Positions 1 through 9,929 are shown, numbered from the stretch's first letter. The stretch is DNA of 51,045 bases from an uncultured Lachnospiraceae bacterium (GCA_964570105.1 CAZMWM010000003.1:1-51045); one strand, 5' to 3'. Notes: generated from the sequence alone by a model not told the origin. A program made the numbers and translations.

Positions 1-320
1 GTCTCGGTAAGGTGCTCGGTCCTAAGGGACTTATGCCTAACCCCAAGGCAGGAACCGTCACCATGGATGTTGCTCGCGCAGTACAGGAAGCCAAAGCAGG
101 TAAGATCGAGTACCGTCTTGACAAGACCAACATCATTCACTGCCCGATAGGCAAAGTATCCTTCGGTGCCGAAAAGCTCGGAGAGAACTTTGATACCCTT
201 ATGGGCGCTATAATCAAGGCAAAACCTGCGGCAACCAAAGGTCAGTACATCAAGAGTTGCGTCATCGCCTCTACGATGGGTCCCGGTATCAAGATCAACT
301 TCGCAAAACTCGGCAACTGA
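1..320 (+). CDS. rplA: 50S ribosomal protein L1, 3' part (truncated by window start)
   Basis: [25 protein letters not shown] and C-terminal STMGPGIK motifs typical of L1. Confidence 0.97.
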   Translation, partial: LGKVLGPKGLMPNPKAGTVTMDVARAVQEAKAGKIEYRLDKTNIIHCPIGKVSFGAEKLGENFDTLMGAIIKAKPAATKGQYIKSCVIASTMGPGIKINFAKLGN

Positions 321-347
321 TACCGAATTTAAAAACAAATATCACGC

Positions 348-380
348 AAAAGACGTGCTCATTACGAACACGTCTTTTTT
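348..380. terminator. Probable bidirectional intrinsic terminator
   Basis: AAAAGACGTG...CACGTCTTTT inverted repeat with T-run after and A-run before, between convergent genes. Confidence 0.85.
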
Positions 381-406
381 GTTGTTCTGTTTATAAGGAA
401 TTTTGC

Positions 407-1636
407 TTAGAGCACGTCTTTTGACGGACGGACAAGCCATTTACCGTCAGTAAAATCCGGTATAGCTTGAGGCGCTCCACCCATCGCTATCGAAGCCGCG
501 GAAAGCACGGAAATGCACATCCACGCGGCGGCGTCATATACATCTATCGGCATTTCTCTTCCCTGTCTCAAGCATTCGATAAATTCTCTGAACATAACAG
601 CGTCCATTCCGCCGTGACCGTATTTTTTAGTCTCCTCGCTCATATTCTTCCATGCATCGGGAAGGAATTCTGCCTCGTATTCACTCGCGTTGTCGGTGTA
701 ATTTTTCACGTAATCTACCGGCTCCCAATACTCCTTCTGACCGTCGATATAGAATGAATTTGTATCCATAAAGTACGAGCCTTTGGTCCCTCTTACGGTA
801 AATTCACGGCTGTAAGAGCGAGGAAGCGTAGTGTCGAGCTTTAAAAGTATCGTTTCACCGTTTTGACAAGTGATCACCGTATGTACTATATCCCCCTGCT
901 CAAATCTCGCCCCCTTTAAAGAAGGATCTTTTTCCGTAAGCTCCAGATGATCCTTTACATACTGCTCAAGTCCCGCCGCCTTGGATGCGACCGAAACGAG
1001 CGATACCATCCGGTTACCTCTATTGATGTTCAGAAGCTTGGCAATAGGTCCAAGCTCGTGCGTAGGATAATTTTCGGTGTTTCGGTTGAGGTAATTGCGA
1101 AGGCGATAGTGACGGTTGATATTTCCGCCCGTTATCTCTGCGCGAAGATCATGCGCATATGCCCCCGAGCAATGAACGATCTCTCCGAGCTTTCCGGAAC
1201 GCGCCACTGATGTAGCCAACAATTCCTGTTTATTGAAGCAACAATTCTCCATAAACATAAACGGCGTTCCGGTCTCCTCCTGCGTACGCACGAGCCTTGT
1301 CAGCTCGTCGATAGAGTATGCGCCGCCAACCTCTACCGCAACGGCTTTTCCGGCTTTCAAAGCCGCCGTGGCGACCTCGATATGATACTCCCAAGAGCAC
1401 GGGATATATACAGCCTCGACATCCTCCAAAGCAAGAAGCTCGCGGTAATCCACCGTCGTGAACGGTTCGTATCCGCGCACTTTCTTTATCAACTCGGAAG
1501 CTCTTTCGTTTCTGTCCGGGTAAAGATCGCATACCGCAACGATATCGACATCCTCAAACGCAAGCAATACGTCCCTTATCATACTGTATCCGCGTCCGCC
1601 AAGACCTACAACTCCGAATTTAGTTTTAGTATCCAT
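407..1636 (-). CDS. Gfo/Idh/MocA family oxidoreductase, GH109-like NAD+-dependent glycosidase
   Basis: N-terminal GVVGLGGRG Rossmann motif; YPTHELGP and GHGGMD motifs resemble GH109. Confidence 0.8.
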   Translation of the reverse strand: MDTKTKFGVVGLGGRGYSMIRDVLLAFEDVDIVAVCDLYPDRNERASELIKKVRGYEPFTTVDYRELLALEDVEAVYIPCSWEYHIEVATAALKAGKAVAVEVGGAYSIDELTRLVRTQEETGTPFMFMENCCFNKQELLATSVARSGKLGEIVHCSGAYAHDLRAEITGGNINRHYRLRNYLNRNTENYPTHELGPIAKLLNINRGNRMVSLVSVASKAAGLEQYVKDHLELTEKDPSLKGARFEQGDIVHTVITCQNGETILLKLDTTLPRSYSREFTVRGTKGSYFMDTNSFYIDGQKEYWEPVDYVKNYTDNASEYEAEFLPDAWKNMSEETKKYGHGGMDAVMFREFIECLRQGREMPIDVYDAAAWMCISVLSAASIAMGGAPQAIPDFTDGKWLVRPSKDVL

Positions 1637-1693
1637 GTCCGTACCTTTCTTTTTCCGTTATCGAAGGAGCCAACAATGCTCCCACTAACTAAT

Positions 1694-1721
1694 ATTATAC
1701 ACAAAGAAGAAAAAAAGTCAA
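1694..1721 (-). promoter_or_regulatory. Sigma-A-type promoter for the GH109-like gene
   Basis: TTGACT-N16-TATAAT on minus strand. Confidence 0.6.
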
Positions 1722-1763
1722 TACAATTTTACAAAACAGTCCGAAATCATTGCATATAATGAC

Positions 1764-1804
1764 AGATATCCCGGCGTTACGGAAGCTCCGACGCCGGGAT
1801 ATCT
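1764..1804 (-). terminator. Stem-loop downstream of hydA
   Basis: 14-bp perfect inverted repeat AGATATCCCGGCGT/ACGCCGGGATATCT; no clear U-tract. Confidence 0.65.
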
Positions 1805-1823
1805 TCAATTGAGTGTTAAAGCA

Positions 1824-3569
1824 TCAATACTTGCTCTTTGCGCTATAGGTAGTATGGAGCAACTCGTGAGCCTTGTGACCGCCCGGCTCGCCGAGGAAAT
1901 CCTTGTAGATAGCAGTGATCTCGGGATTTTCATGAGATTTGCGCAGTTTCTTTCCGCTATCCTCATCATAGAGTGCCTTTGCACGGATCGACTTAAGATC
2001 GATATACTGAAGCTCCTTTGCCGAAACTATAGGCTGTCCGCCGCCGGTAACGCATCCGCCGGGACAGCACATGACCTCGATAAAGTCATACGACTTTTCG
2101 CCGCTCTTGACAGCCTCAAGCACCTTTTTGGCATTTGCGGTACCGTGAGCAACTGCGACGTTTACCTTTCTCACGCCGAGATCCACAGTGGCTTCCTTGA
2201 CGCCCTCTATACCGCGAACATCGATAAAGTCAACATTATCAAGAGTTTTCTTGGTAACCAACTCGTAAACTGTACGAAGCGCAGCCTCCATAACTCCGCC
2301 GGTAGCACCGAAGATGTCGGCAGCTCCGGTAGACTCACCCATAACGGAATCAAACTTTTCATCCGGAAGATGAGCAAAATCAATTCCGGCTTGCTTTATC
2401 ATTCTTGCAAGCTCGCGAACGGTGACGACGTAGTCAACATCCTTCATCTCTCCGTTACGAAGCTCGGGGCGGTCAGCCTCATACTTCTTTGCGGTACACG
2501 GCATAACGGAAACGGTAACTATCGACGAAGGATCGATACCCTCTTTCTCGGCAAAATACGTCTTTACCATCGCGCCGGTCATCTCGTGAGGCGACTTGCA
2601 GGTAGAAAGATTGGGGATAAACTCGGGATAGAACTTCTCGCAATAGGTCACCCAACCGGGAGAGCAGGATGTGATCATAGGAAGCGCGGCGTCCTTATTA
2701 TTAAGACGCTCGATAAGCTCGGTCCCTTCCTCGATTATAGTAAGATCGGCGCCAAAGTTGGTGTCAAACACCTTGTTAAAGCCAAGACGACGGAGAGCTG
2801 CCGCAAGCTTTCCGGTTTGAGCAACGCCCATAGGAAGCCCAAATTCCTCGCCGATAGAGGCACGCACAGCCGGAGCAGGCTGAACGACGACATACTTCGA
2901 AGGATCGCCGATAGCCGCCCAAACGTCATCGATGTTCTCCTTCTCATGTATAGCTCCGACAGGGCAAGCGGCGATACACTGACCGCAATTCACACAGGGA
3001 GTCTCGACGATGGAACGGTCGTATATCGGACCGATCTTGGTCTTAAATCCTCTCTTCGAAACGCCGATAGCACCGATCTGCTGTACATTAGTACATACGG
3101 CTACACAGCGGCGGCAGCTTATGCACTTGGAATTGTCGCGTACGATCGAAGGTGAAAGATCGTCTATCTTTATCTCCTTTTTCGCACCGTCAAATGGATA
3201 TGCATCAACGCCGTATTCACGGCAAAGAGCTTGAAGCTCACAGTTACCGGAACGAACACACGAGGTGCACTCACGGTTATGAGAAGCGAGCAGAAGCTCA
3301 AGTATGACCTTTCTCTGAGCACGCACCTTGGGAGTATTGGTGTGTACCACCATTCCTTCGGATACGGGCATAACGCAAGCCGCGGCAAGACCTCTTGCTT
3401 TTTCGACCTCGACTATACAGATGCGGCACGCGCCGATCTGCTGAACGTCTTTAAGATAACAAAGGGTAGGAATATTTATGCAAGCCGCTCTTGCGGCTTC
3501 AAGAATGGTGCTTCCCTCCGGAACGGAGACAGCTACACCGTCGATCGTAAGGTTTATCATATTAGCCAT
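1824..3569 (-). CDS. hydA: [FeFe]-hydrogenase catalytic subunit (group A, multimeric type)
   Basis: N-terminal 2Fe-2S, HxxxCxxCxxxxxC and two 4Fe-4S motifs; H-cluster motifs TSCSPGW, MPCTAKKYE, EVMCCPGGCVTGGG. Confidence 0.95.
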   Translation of the reverse strand: MANMINLTIDGVAVSVPEGSTILEAARAACINIPTLCYLKDVQQIGACRICIVEVEKARGLAAACVMPVSEGMVVHTNTPKVRAQRKVILELLLASHNRECTSCVRSGNCELQALCREYGVDAYPFDGAKKEIKIDDLSPSIVRDNSKCISCRRCVAVCTNVQQIGAIGVSKRGFKTKIGPIYDRSIVETPCVNCGQCIAACPVGAIHEKENIDDVWAAIGDPSKYVVVQPAPAVRASIGEEFGLPMGVAQTGKLAAALRRLGFNKVFDTNFGADLTIIEEGTELIERLNNKDAALPMITSCSPGWVTYCEKFYPEFIPNLSTCKSPHEMTGAMVKTYFAEKEGIDPSSIVTVSVMPCTAKKYEADRPELRNGEMKDVDYVVTVRELARMIKQAGIDFAHLPDEKFDSVMGESTGAADIFGATGGVMEAALRTVYELVTKKTLDNVDFIDVRGIEGVKEATVDLGVRKVNVAVAHGTANAKKVLEAVKSGEKSYDFIEVMCCPGGCVTGGGQPIVSAKELQYIDLKSIRAKALYDEDSGKKLRKSHENPEITAIYKDFLGEPGGHKAHELLHTTYSAKSKY

Positions 3570-3587
3570 TTTATTATTCTCCCTTCC

Positions 3588-5465
3588 TTATTTTCTTACG
3601 ATAGCGCCAAACTTACACGTGGACATACATACGCCACACTTTATGCACTTACTCTGATCGATAACGAAGGGCTTCTTGATCTCTCCGCTGATAGCGCCGA
3701 CGGGGCATTTTCTGGAGCAGGCGGAGCATCCCTTACACTTATCCGCAACGATCTCGATCTTGCAGAGCTTCTTGCACTGCCCCGCAGGACAGCGCTTTTC
3801 ATAAACGTGTGCTTCGTACTCGTCACGGAAGTAACGGAGCGTAGAAAGAACGGGGTTAGGAGCAGTTTGACCAAGACCGCAAAGCGACGCACTCTTGATG
3901 GTCTCGGCAAGCTCTTCGAGCTTTTCGATATCTCCGTCCTCGCCTCTACCGTCAGTGATCTTGGTAAGTATCTCAAGCATCCTCTTGGTGCCTTCGCGGC
4001 AGGGTGCGCACTTACCGCAGGACTCGTCGACCGTAAATTCAAGGAAGAATTTCGCAATATCGACCATACAGTTGTCCTCGTCCATTACTATAAGTCCGCC
4101 CGAGCCCATCATAGAGCCGATAGCCACGAGCGAATCGTAATCAACGGGAGTATCGAGCAGAGATGCGGGAATACATCCGCCGGAAGGACCGCCGGTCTGC
4201 GCCGCCTTGAATTTCTTGCCGTTCGGAATGCCGCCGCCGATATCAAATACTATCTCGCGAACGGTAGTTCCCATCGGCACCTCGACAAGACCGGTGTTTA
4301 CGATCTTTCCGCCGAGAGCAAATACCTTCGTACCGCTGGACTTTTCAGTTCCCATGCTCTTAAACCAATCAGCACCCTTAAGGATGATCTGGGGAATATT
4401 CGCGTAGGTCTCAACGTTGTTAAGTATGGTGGGCTTGCCGAAAACGCCCTTGACCGCAGGGAACGGAGGACGGGGACGCGGCTCGCCGCGCTTGCCCTCG
4501 ATGGACGTCATAAGGGCGGTCTCCTCGCCGCAGACGAACGCGCCTGCACCGAGACGGATCTCCATATCAAAATCAAAGCCCTTGCCAAAAATATTCTTTC
4601 CGAGCAATCCGGCTTCCCTTGCCTGATTGATAGCGATAGTCAAACGCTTAACTGCGATCGGATACTCGGCACGAACATAAACGTAGCCCTGATCCGCGCC
4701 TATAACGTAAGCCGCGATCGCCATAGCCTCGATAAGAGAGTGAGGATCGCCTTCAAGCACGGAACGGTCCATAAACGCTCCGGGGTCGCCCTCATCACCG
4801 TTACAGCAAACGTACTTCTTTACGTTTCCGCGATTTCCGGAAGCAAACTTCCACTTAAGACCGGTCGGGAAGCCTGCACCTCCGCGTCCGCGAAGCCCTG
4901 ATGCGAGCATGATATCAATGACCTGCTCGGGCGTGTATTCTTCAAGACACTTTACAAGAGCTTGATAGCCGTCGAACGCTATGTAATCCTCGATCTTTTC
5001 GGGATCCACCACTCCGCAGTTACGGAGAGCGACACGGTTCTGCTTCTTGTAGAACTGCATATCGGAGAGCTTTTCCTTTACCTCTCCGGTGTTCTTTTCG
5101 TGGTAAACGAGATCGTCTATTATCTTGCCACCAACGATATGCTCCTTAACGATACGCTCAACGTTCTCTATCTGGCAATGCGCATAAAATACGCCCTCGG
5201 GATAAACTATAACGATAGGTCCAAGCTCGCAAAGACCGAAGCAACCGGTACGCACGACCTGCACCTTATCGGCAACGCCCGCCGCCTCAAGCTGCGTATG
5301 AAACTCGTCTATCAGCTTTCCGGAGCCGGAAGAGGTACATCCGGTACCGCCGCAAACGAGTATCTGCCTTGTGTATTTAGTCTCATTTTCGACCTTGTGC
5401 GTATGACGCATGCTTATCTGCGGAAGAGCTTCCGCCTGTATCTGCTTAAGCTGTTCAATAGTCAT
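3588..5465 (-). CDS. hydB: NuoF-like NADH/FMN-binding hydrogenase subunit
   Basis: GLRGRGGAGF, DEGDPGAFMD, GGPSGG, C-terminal 2x[4Fe-4S]; start moved to ATG 5465 behind SD GAAGGAG. Confidence 0.93.
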   Translation of the reverse strand: MTIEQLKQIQAEALPQISMRHTHKVENETKYTRQILVCGGTGCTSSGSGKLIDEFHTQLEAAGVADKVQVVRTGCFGLCELGPIVIVYPEGVFYAHCQIENVERIVKEHIVGGKIIDDLVYHEKNTGEVKEKLSDMQFYKKQNRVALRNCGVVDPEKIEDYIAFDGYQALVKCLEEYTPEQVIDIMLASGLRGRGGAGFPTGLKWKFASGNRGNVKKYVCCNGDEGDPGAFMDRSVLEGDPHSLIEAMAIAAYVIGADQGYVYVRAEYPIAVKRLTIAINQAREAGLLGKNIFGKGFDFDMEIRLGAGAFVCGEETALMTSIEGKRGEPRPRPPFPAVKGVFGKPTILNNVETYANIPQIILKGADWFKSMGTEKSSGTKVFALGGKIVNTGLVEVPMGTTVREIVFDIGGGIPNGKKFKAAQTGGPSGGCIPASLLDTPVDYDSLVAIGSMMGSGGLIVMDEDNCMVDIAKFFLEFTVDESCGKCAPCREGTKRMLEILTKITDGRGEDGDIEKLEELAETIKSASLCGLGQTAPNPVLSTLRYFRDEYEAHVYEKRCPAGQCKKLCKIEIVADKCKGCSACSRKCPVGAISGEIKKPFVIDQSKCIKCGVCMSTCKFGAIVRK

Positions 5466-5482
5466 CTTTTCTGCTCTCCTTC

Positions 5483-5959
5483 TCAATATTTAGCCAGAAT
5501 GTCCTTGACCATAGCAGGAGTAAGCTTTCCGTAAACATCCTCGTTGATAGTCATAACGGGAGCAAGTCCGCAACAACCGAGGCAACGGGTATCCTGAATG
5601 GAGAACTTTCCGTCCGGCGTAGTCTGATTTGAGGTGATGCCAAGCTCCTCCTCAACGCGAGCAAGAACAGCCGCTCCGCCCTTGACGTAGCATGCTGTAC
5701 CCTGACAGACGCTGATAACGTTGTCTCCCTTAGGCTCAAGCGAGAACTGAGCGTAGAAGGTAGCAACACCGTAGACCTCCGTTACCGGAATGCCAAGCCC
5801 GTCGGCAATGATGATCTGAGTCTCGAGTGAAAGATAGCCAAAAGATTCCTGAGCATACTGCATTATGGGCATAAGAGGACCTTTATCGTCCTTATGTGCC
5901 GCAATAAATGCCTTAAGCTCTTCGGTTTTTTGCGCAATCTGTTCGGTAGTAAGTGCCAT
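5483..5959 (-). CDS. hydC: NuoE-like 2Fe-2S hydrogenase subunit
   Basis: VATFY, CQGTAC and CLGCC motifs; AGGAGG SD; first gene of hydCBA. Confidence 0.93.
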   Translation of the reverse strand: MALTTEQIAQKTEELKAFIAAHKDDKGPLMPIMQYAQESFGYLSLETQIIIADGLGIPVTEVYGVATFYAQFSLEPKGDNVISVCQGTACYVKGGAAVLARVEEELGITSNQTTPDGKFSIQDTRCLGCCGLAPVMTINEDVYGKLTPAMVKDILAKY

Positions 5960-6012
5960 ATACTTATCCTCCTAAACATTTTGCTGTGTATTATATTTTC
6001 AGCATTTATATA

Positions 6013-6041
6013 ATTGTACCATAGGTCTGCGAAAATTTCAA
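6013..6041 (-). promoter_or_regulatory. Sigma-A-type promoter of hydCBA
   Basis: TTGAAA-N17-TACAAT with TGn extension. Confidence 0.6.
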
Positions 6042-6401
6042 TAGTCAAATAAACATTTTATTCGACATAAAATGAATTTAACACTTATTTTACAATTTTC
6101 CCTTTCCAAAACAGCTTCGCAGAGCGCTCCTTCCGACTTTTCGGACTTTCACGCTCTGTCAAGACACGAGATATCTCGATCCGCCCATATATCTTTATTT
6201 ATTAACATTTCAGTGATATAATAGCTTTACACGGTGCAGAAGTCTCGCCATCTATCGGGCTTGTATTTGCAAAATGAGAATAACAAGCAACTCCGCACCG
6301 CTTGGGCTTACAAAGAAAAGCAAATAGATCCGTTCGCACGTACCGTACGTACGCTATTAGAAGGAAAGGAAGCTTTTAAAAATAAAGCTACGGTCATACC
6401 G

Positions 6402-7364
6402 ATGACGCGCTCAAAAATAAGATCATCTCAAATCTCCGCGCTCATGGTCTTCATTGCATTTTTCACATTCCTATGTTTTATTTCACCCCTTCGGGTGGAC
6501 GCGGAAACAGCCGCCGACGGCACGGAATATCAGCTCAGCAAAGACGGAAGCTACGCTATCGTTACCGGGTATTCCTATTACACACCAACGATAACGCTCC
6601 CTTCGGAAATAAACGGATATCCGGTAAAGGAGATAGCAAAATACGCGTTTGCCGCCGATACGACGCTCACATCGATTATCATTCCCGACAGCGTGACCGT
6701 GATTGGTGAGTGCGCCTTCAAAAACTGCACGTCGCTCGTATCGGTATCCCTCCCTTCCTCGCTCACGGAGCTTCCGTACGAATGCTTTTCGTATTGCTCG
6801 ATGCTCAAAAAAATAACCCTTCCGAGCGGTATAACGAGCATAGACGACGGTTGTTTTGAAAACTGCGGAAGGCTTGGACGTCTATATATCCCATCCTCGG
6901 TAACGAACATCGGATATGACGCATTTTTGAACTGCGAATCCATATATCTTGACGTATCGGACAATCCGTACGCCGCAGACTACGCCGTGAGCTTTAATAT
7001 CAATACAGATATCAAAGGCACGTCGGGATATTTCTGGTCTATGCTCGCCGCAGGACTTCTCGTTGCTTTGCTAATTACGGTCATTATAGCGGCAGTATAC
7101 CGTGCTTATCTGCGCAAGCACCCAGAAAAGGATCCGGATATATTCATATATAAGGCTCTCGGAAGAGCGTATCGCGCAATTTCGCGCGTCATCAATGCTC
7201 TTGGAAAAGCGCTGATGACCGCGCTTACGTCTCTCCTATGGGTACTGACGCAAGGTATTAAAAGGCTCAGATACGGAAAACGCACAAAAACCGCAAAGCC
7301 CCCGTCGGATGATGCATCCCGTGACGCAGACAAAAGCCACGAAAATGACGATATCCAAGAATAA
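6402..7364 (+). CDS. Membrane-anchored BspA-type leucine-rich repeat protein
   Basis: Repeats such as LTSIIIPDSVTVIGECAFKNC; N-terminal signal-like segment and a C-terminal TM; start likely ATG 6402 rather than 6234. Confidence 0.85.
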   Translation: MTRSKIRSSQISALMVFIAFFTFLCFISPLRVDAETAADGTEYQLSKDGSYAIVTGYSYYTPTITLPSEINGYPVKEIAKYAFAADTTLTSIIIPDSVTVIGECAFKNCTSLVSVSLPSSLTELPYECFSYCSMLKKITLPSGITSIDDGCFENCGRLGRLYIPSSVTNIGYDAFLNCESIYLDVSDNPYAADYAVSFNINTDIKGTSGYFWSMLAAGLLVALLITVIIAAVYRAYLRKHPEKDPDIFIYKALGRAYRAISRVINALGKALMTALTSLLWVLTQGIKRLRYGKRTKTAKPPSDDASRDADKSHENDDIQE

Positions 7365-7411
7365 TAAGGAAAAGCTCCCGCTTAAACGAGAGCTACGGTA
7401 ACGTTTTATTT

Positions 7412-8686
7412 ATGGAAAGAAAGATATCCAAGTGCGCGACCAAGATCGCGTGGCTGTGCACGCTCGTATACTTTGCGAGCTATCTCACCAGAAATAATTT
7501 TTCGGTAATGCTCGTAAGCATAGTAAGCTCCACCGGAGCAACGAAAAGAGAGCTTGCGACTGTAATCACGGCAATGACGATCGCGTACGGCTTGGGACAG
7601 GTGCTCAACGGCTTTATCGGAGATATGATATCTCCAAGAAATATGCTCGCCGCCGGATTGCTTCTATCCGCCGCCTGTAATATTGCGATGTCTTTTTCCG
7701 ATGCTATATGGTCAATGACCGTTCTGTGGGCAATAAACGGATATGCACAGGCGATGCTTTGGCCACCTATCGTACGACTTTTTGCAGAAAATCTGAATGA
7801 ACTCGAATACGGATATGCATCGGTGATAGTGCAGTGCGGCTCATCGTTAGCAACCGTGCTTCTTTATATAGTCTCTCCGCTACTGCTCCTGTTCACCGAT
7901 TGGCGCAAGGTGATTTTGATCTACGCACTGTGTGGGATCGCCGTAGCAACGGTCTGGCTCATAGCCACCGCAAAGCTCTCGATAGGCGTACCCAAACCCC
8001 AAAAACACCGTACAGATGAGGAAATAACGACCGATAAAAGCACATCCGTCGACACCCAAACGGTCAAGCACTCCCGTCTTTCGGCAAACACCGTTTCAAC
8101 TGTCGCTATCATATTCATCGCGATAATACTGATGGGCATCCTGCGTGATGGCGTGAACAATTGGATACCGTCTTTCTTGTACGAAAGCTTCGGTATATCG
8201 GAGGAAAACGCTATATTTTCCACCGCCATTCCCGCCGTATTCAGCATCGTGTTCTTTTATCTGTTCAATCTTATTCACAAGAAGCTCATACATAACGAGG
8301 TGCTGTGCGCAGCCGTGATCTTTGCAGGCTCGACGGTCTCTGCCCTCTTACTTTGGATCATCTCAAGGCTCTGCCCATCCGTGATCTCATCTATTCTGCT
8401 GATGACATTAATAGTTGCCTGTATGCACGGCGTAAATCTTATGCTGATAACCATCGTCCCCAAACGCCTCAAGTGCACGGGACGAGTATCGCTGTATTCC
8501 GGAATACTGAATTGCGGAACATATATCGGCGCGTCTGTCTCGACGTACGGAATAGCGGTGATCTCCGAAGAAAACGGTTGGAGCGCCGCGCTACTGATAT
8601 GGGCTATCGTAGCATTCCTCGGCTTCACCGTATGTGCGCTTGCCGCTCCGAACTGGAAGCGTTTTACCGAAATTGCGGATAATTGA
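7412..8686 (+). CDS. MFS transporter (GlpT/UhpT-like)
   Basis: About 12 hydrophobic segments; YLTRNNFS and GFIGDMISPR resemble OPA-family and MFS motif A. Confidence 0.85.
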   Translation: MERKISKCATKIAWLCTLVYFASYLTRNNFSVMLVSIVSSTGATKRELATVITAMTIAYGLGQVLNGFIGDMISPRNMLAAGLLLSAACNIAMSFSDAIWSMTVLWAINGYAQAMLWPPIVRLFAENLNELEYGYASVIVQCGSSLATVLLYIVSPLLLLFTDWRKVILIYALCGIAVATVWLIATAKLSIGVPKPQKHRTDEEITTDKSTSVDTQTVKHSRLSANTVSTVAIIFIAIILMGILRDGVNNWIPSFLYESFGISEENAIFSTAIPAVFSIVFFYLFNLIHKKLIHNEVLCAAVIFAGSTVSALLLWIISRLCPSVISSILLMTLIVACMHGVNLMLITIVPKRLKCTGRVSLYSGILNCGTYIGASVSTYGIAVISEENGWSAALLIWAIVAFLGFTVCALAAPNWKRFTEIADN

Positions 8687-8755
8687 TATTCCGAAATTTC
8701 ACGTCGCACCGTATAACACAGCATAATTTGAACTCCCACATCGATCACCGACGGA

Positions 8756-9145
8756 TCAATGTGGGAGTTTTTCGTGTTCCGTTGTAAACATTCCTCTGAG
8801 ATCGGCATAAAGCTTCCCTTCTCTCAGCTTAAAGCCTATAAGCAACGCCTGCTTGTCATAAAGCTCACCTCTCGGCTCAAAAAAAGCTTCTTTGATGCCG
8901 TGCAGATCCAAGAAATTCAAAACGGCACGTCCGAGGAGCATTACGAGCGGGGCATTATCCTCGCCGTTACACTTTATGTCTGTTATATATCCAATTCCGT
9001 CTCTGACCGTAAACTGCGATGCACCGACCGCGTCTCCGTCCTCATAAGCTCCGTACGCAAGCTGCGTTCCGTCGTATTCAAGTCCGCAAACAGAGCATAT
9101 TCTTTCCTGCTCTTCGCTTTTGGTCATCGGTACTATCTTAAGCAT
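8756..9145 (-). CDS. Hypothetical protein (possible degenerate GNAT-like fold)
   Basis: 129 aa ORF with SD, last gene of the minus-strand run. Confidence 0.65.
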   Translation of the reverse strand: MLKIVPMTKSEEQERICSVCGLEYDGTQLAYGAYEDGDAVGASQFTVRDGIGYITDIKCNGEDNAPLVMLLGRAVLNFLDLHGIKEAFFEPRGELYDKQALLIGFKLREGKLYADLRGMFTTEHEKLPH

Positions 9146-9166
9146 ATGACATCCCTGCCTTTTGAA

Positions 9167-9904
9167 TTATTTCAGCATTCCGGTCTTTGACTTCAGATAT
9201 CTGACCTGCTCGTTGCTCAACGTGCGCCATTTTCCCGACTCAAGCCCACCGAGCTTCAAATCGCCGATAGCCACTCGCTTGAGCGAAACAACGTGTGCGC
9301 CTACTCGCTCGCACATTTTTCTTATCTGCCTGTTTCGCCCTTCAAAGAGCTGCATCTCCAATGTCATCCGCCCATCTCGGGCATCGATCACACGATGCCT
9401 TACAGGTCGGATGACGTAACCGTCTATATTCATCGGAGAAGAAAGCCGTTTACGCTCGTCTGCATCCAATATTCTGTCCAATGTCACACGGTAATACTTC
9501 GGTATCGAATGTCGCGGATGCGTAAGACGGTTTACCAGCTCGCCGTCATTTGAAAACAGCAACAACCCTTCGCTCTCAAGATCGAGCCTGCCGGCAGGAT
9601 ATACGCGCACACCTACGTCCGAGACCAGCTCGGAAACGCATCTTCGCCCTCTGTCGTCGCTCATTGCCGTCAGATAACCGATCGGCTTATTCAGCATGAT
9701 ATATACGAGCTTTCCGCCGATATCGACTACCTTACCGCGGTATCGCACCTCATCCTTGCCGACCGTCACCTTACATCCGATCTCAGCCTTAACACCGTTG
9801 ACCGTCACCAAGCCGTCTAATATTGCCTTCTCAGCGGCACGCCTTGACATCAGCCCCGCATCTGACATATATTTTTGAATTCTTACCGTTCCTTCGGCTG
9901 ACAT
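9167..9904 (-). CDS. rluB: RluB/RsuA-family pseudouridine synthase
   Basis: S4 domain (RIQKYMSDAGLMSRRAAE), GRLD, EGRNRQIRKM; context downstream of scpAB. Confidence 0.9.
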   Translation of the reverse strand: MSAEGTVRIQKYMSDAGLMSRRAAEKAILDGLVTVNGVKAEIGCKVTVGKDEVRYRGKVVDIGGKLVYIMLNKPIGYLTAMSDDRGRRCVSELVSDVGVRVYPAGRLDLESEGLLLFSNDGELVNRLTHPRHSIPKYYRVTLDRILDADERKRLSSPMNIDGYVIRPVRHRVIDARDGRMTLEMQLFEGRNRQIRKMCERVGAHVVSLKRVAIGDLKLGGLESGKWRTLSNEQVRYLKSKTGMLK

Positions 9905-9929
9905 TTTAAACCGCACCTTGATATCATAA

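Noticed and set aside
1809-5534. Long plus-strand ORFs (448, 556, 190 aa) antisense to hydABC
   Set aside because: Shadow ORFs expected opposite codon-biased genes; no motifs or SD
6065-6100. Rex operator upstream of hydCBA
   Set aside because: AT-rich partial match only; no proper TTGTGAA-N4-TTCACAA palindrome
6232-6300. Fluoride riboswitch resemblance (GGTG..GAAGT..CGCC...ACTCC)
   Set aside because: Lacks the conserved GATG and TGA elements and the downstream gene is unrelated
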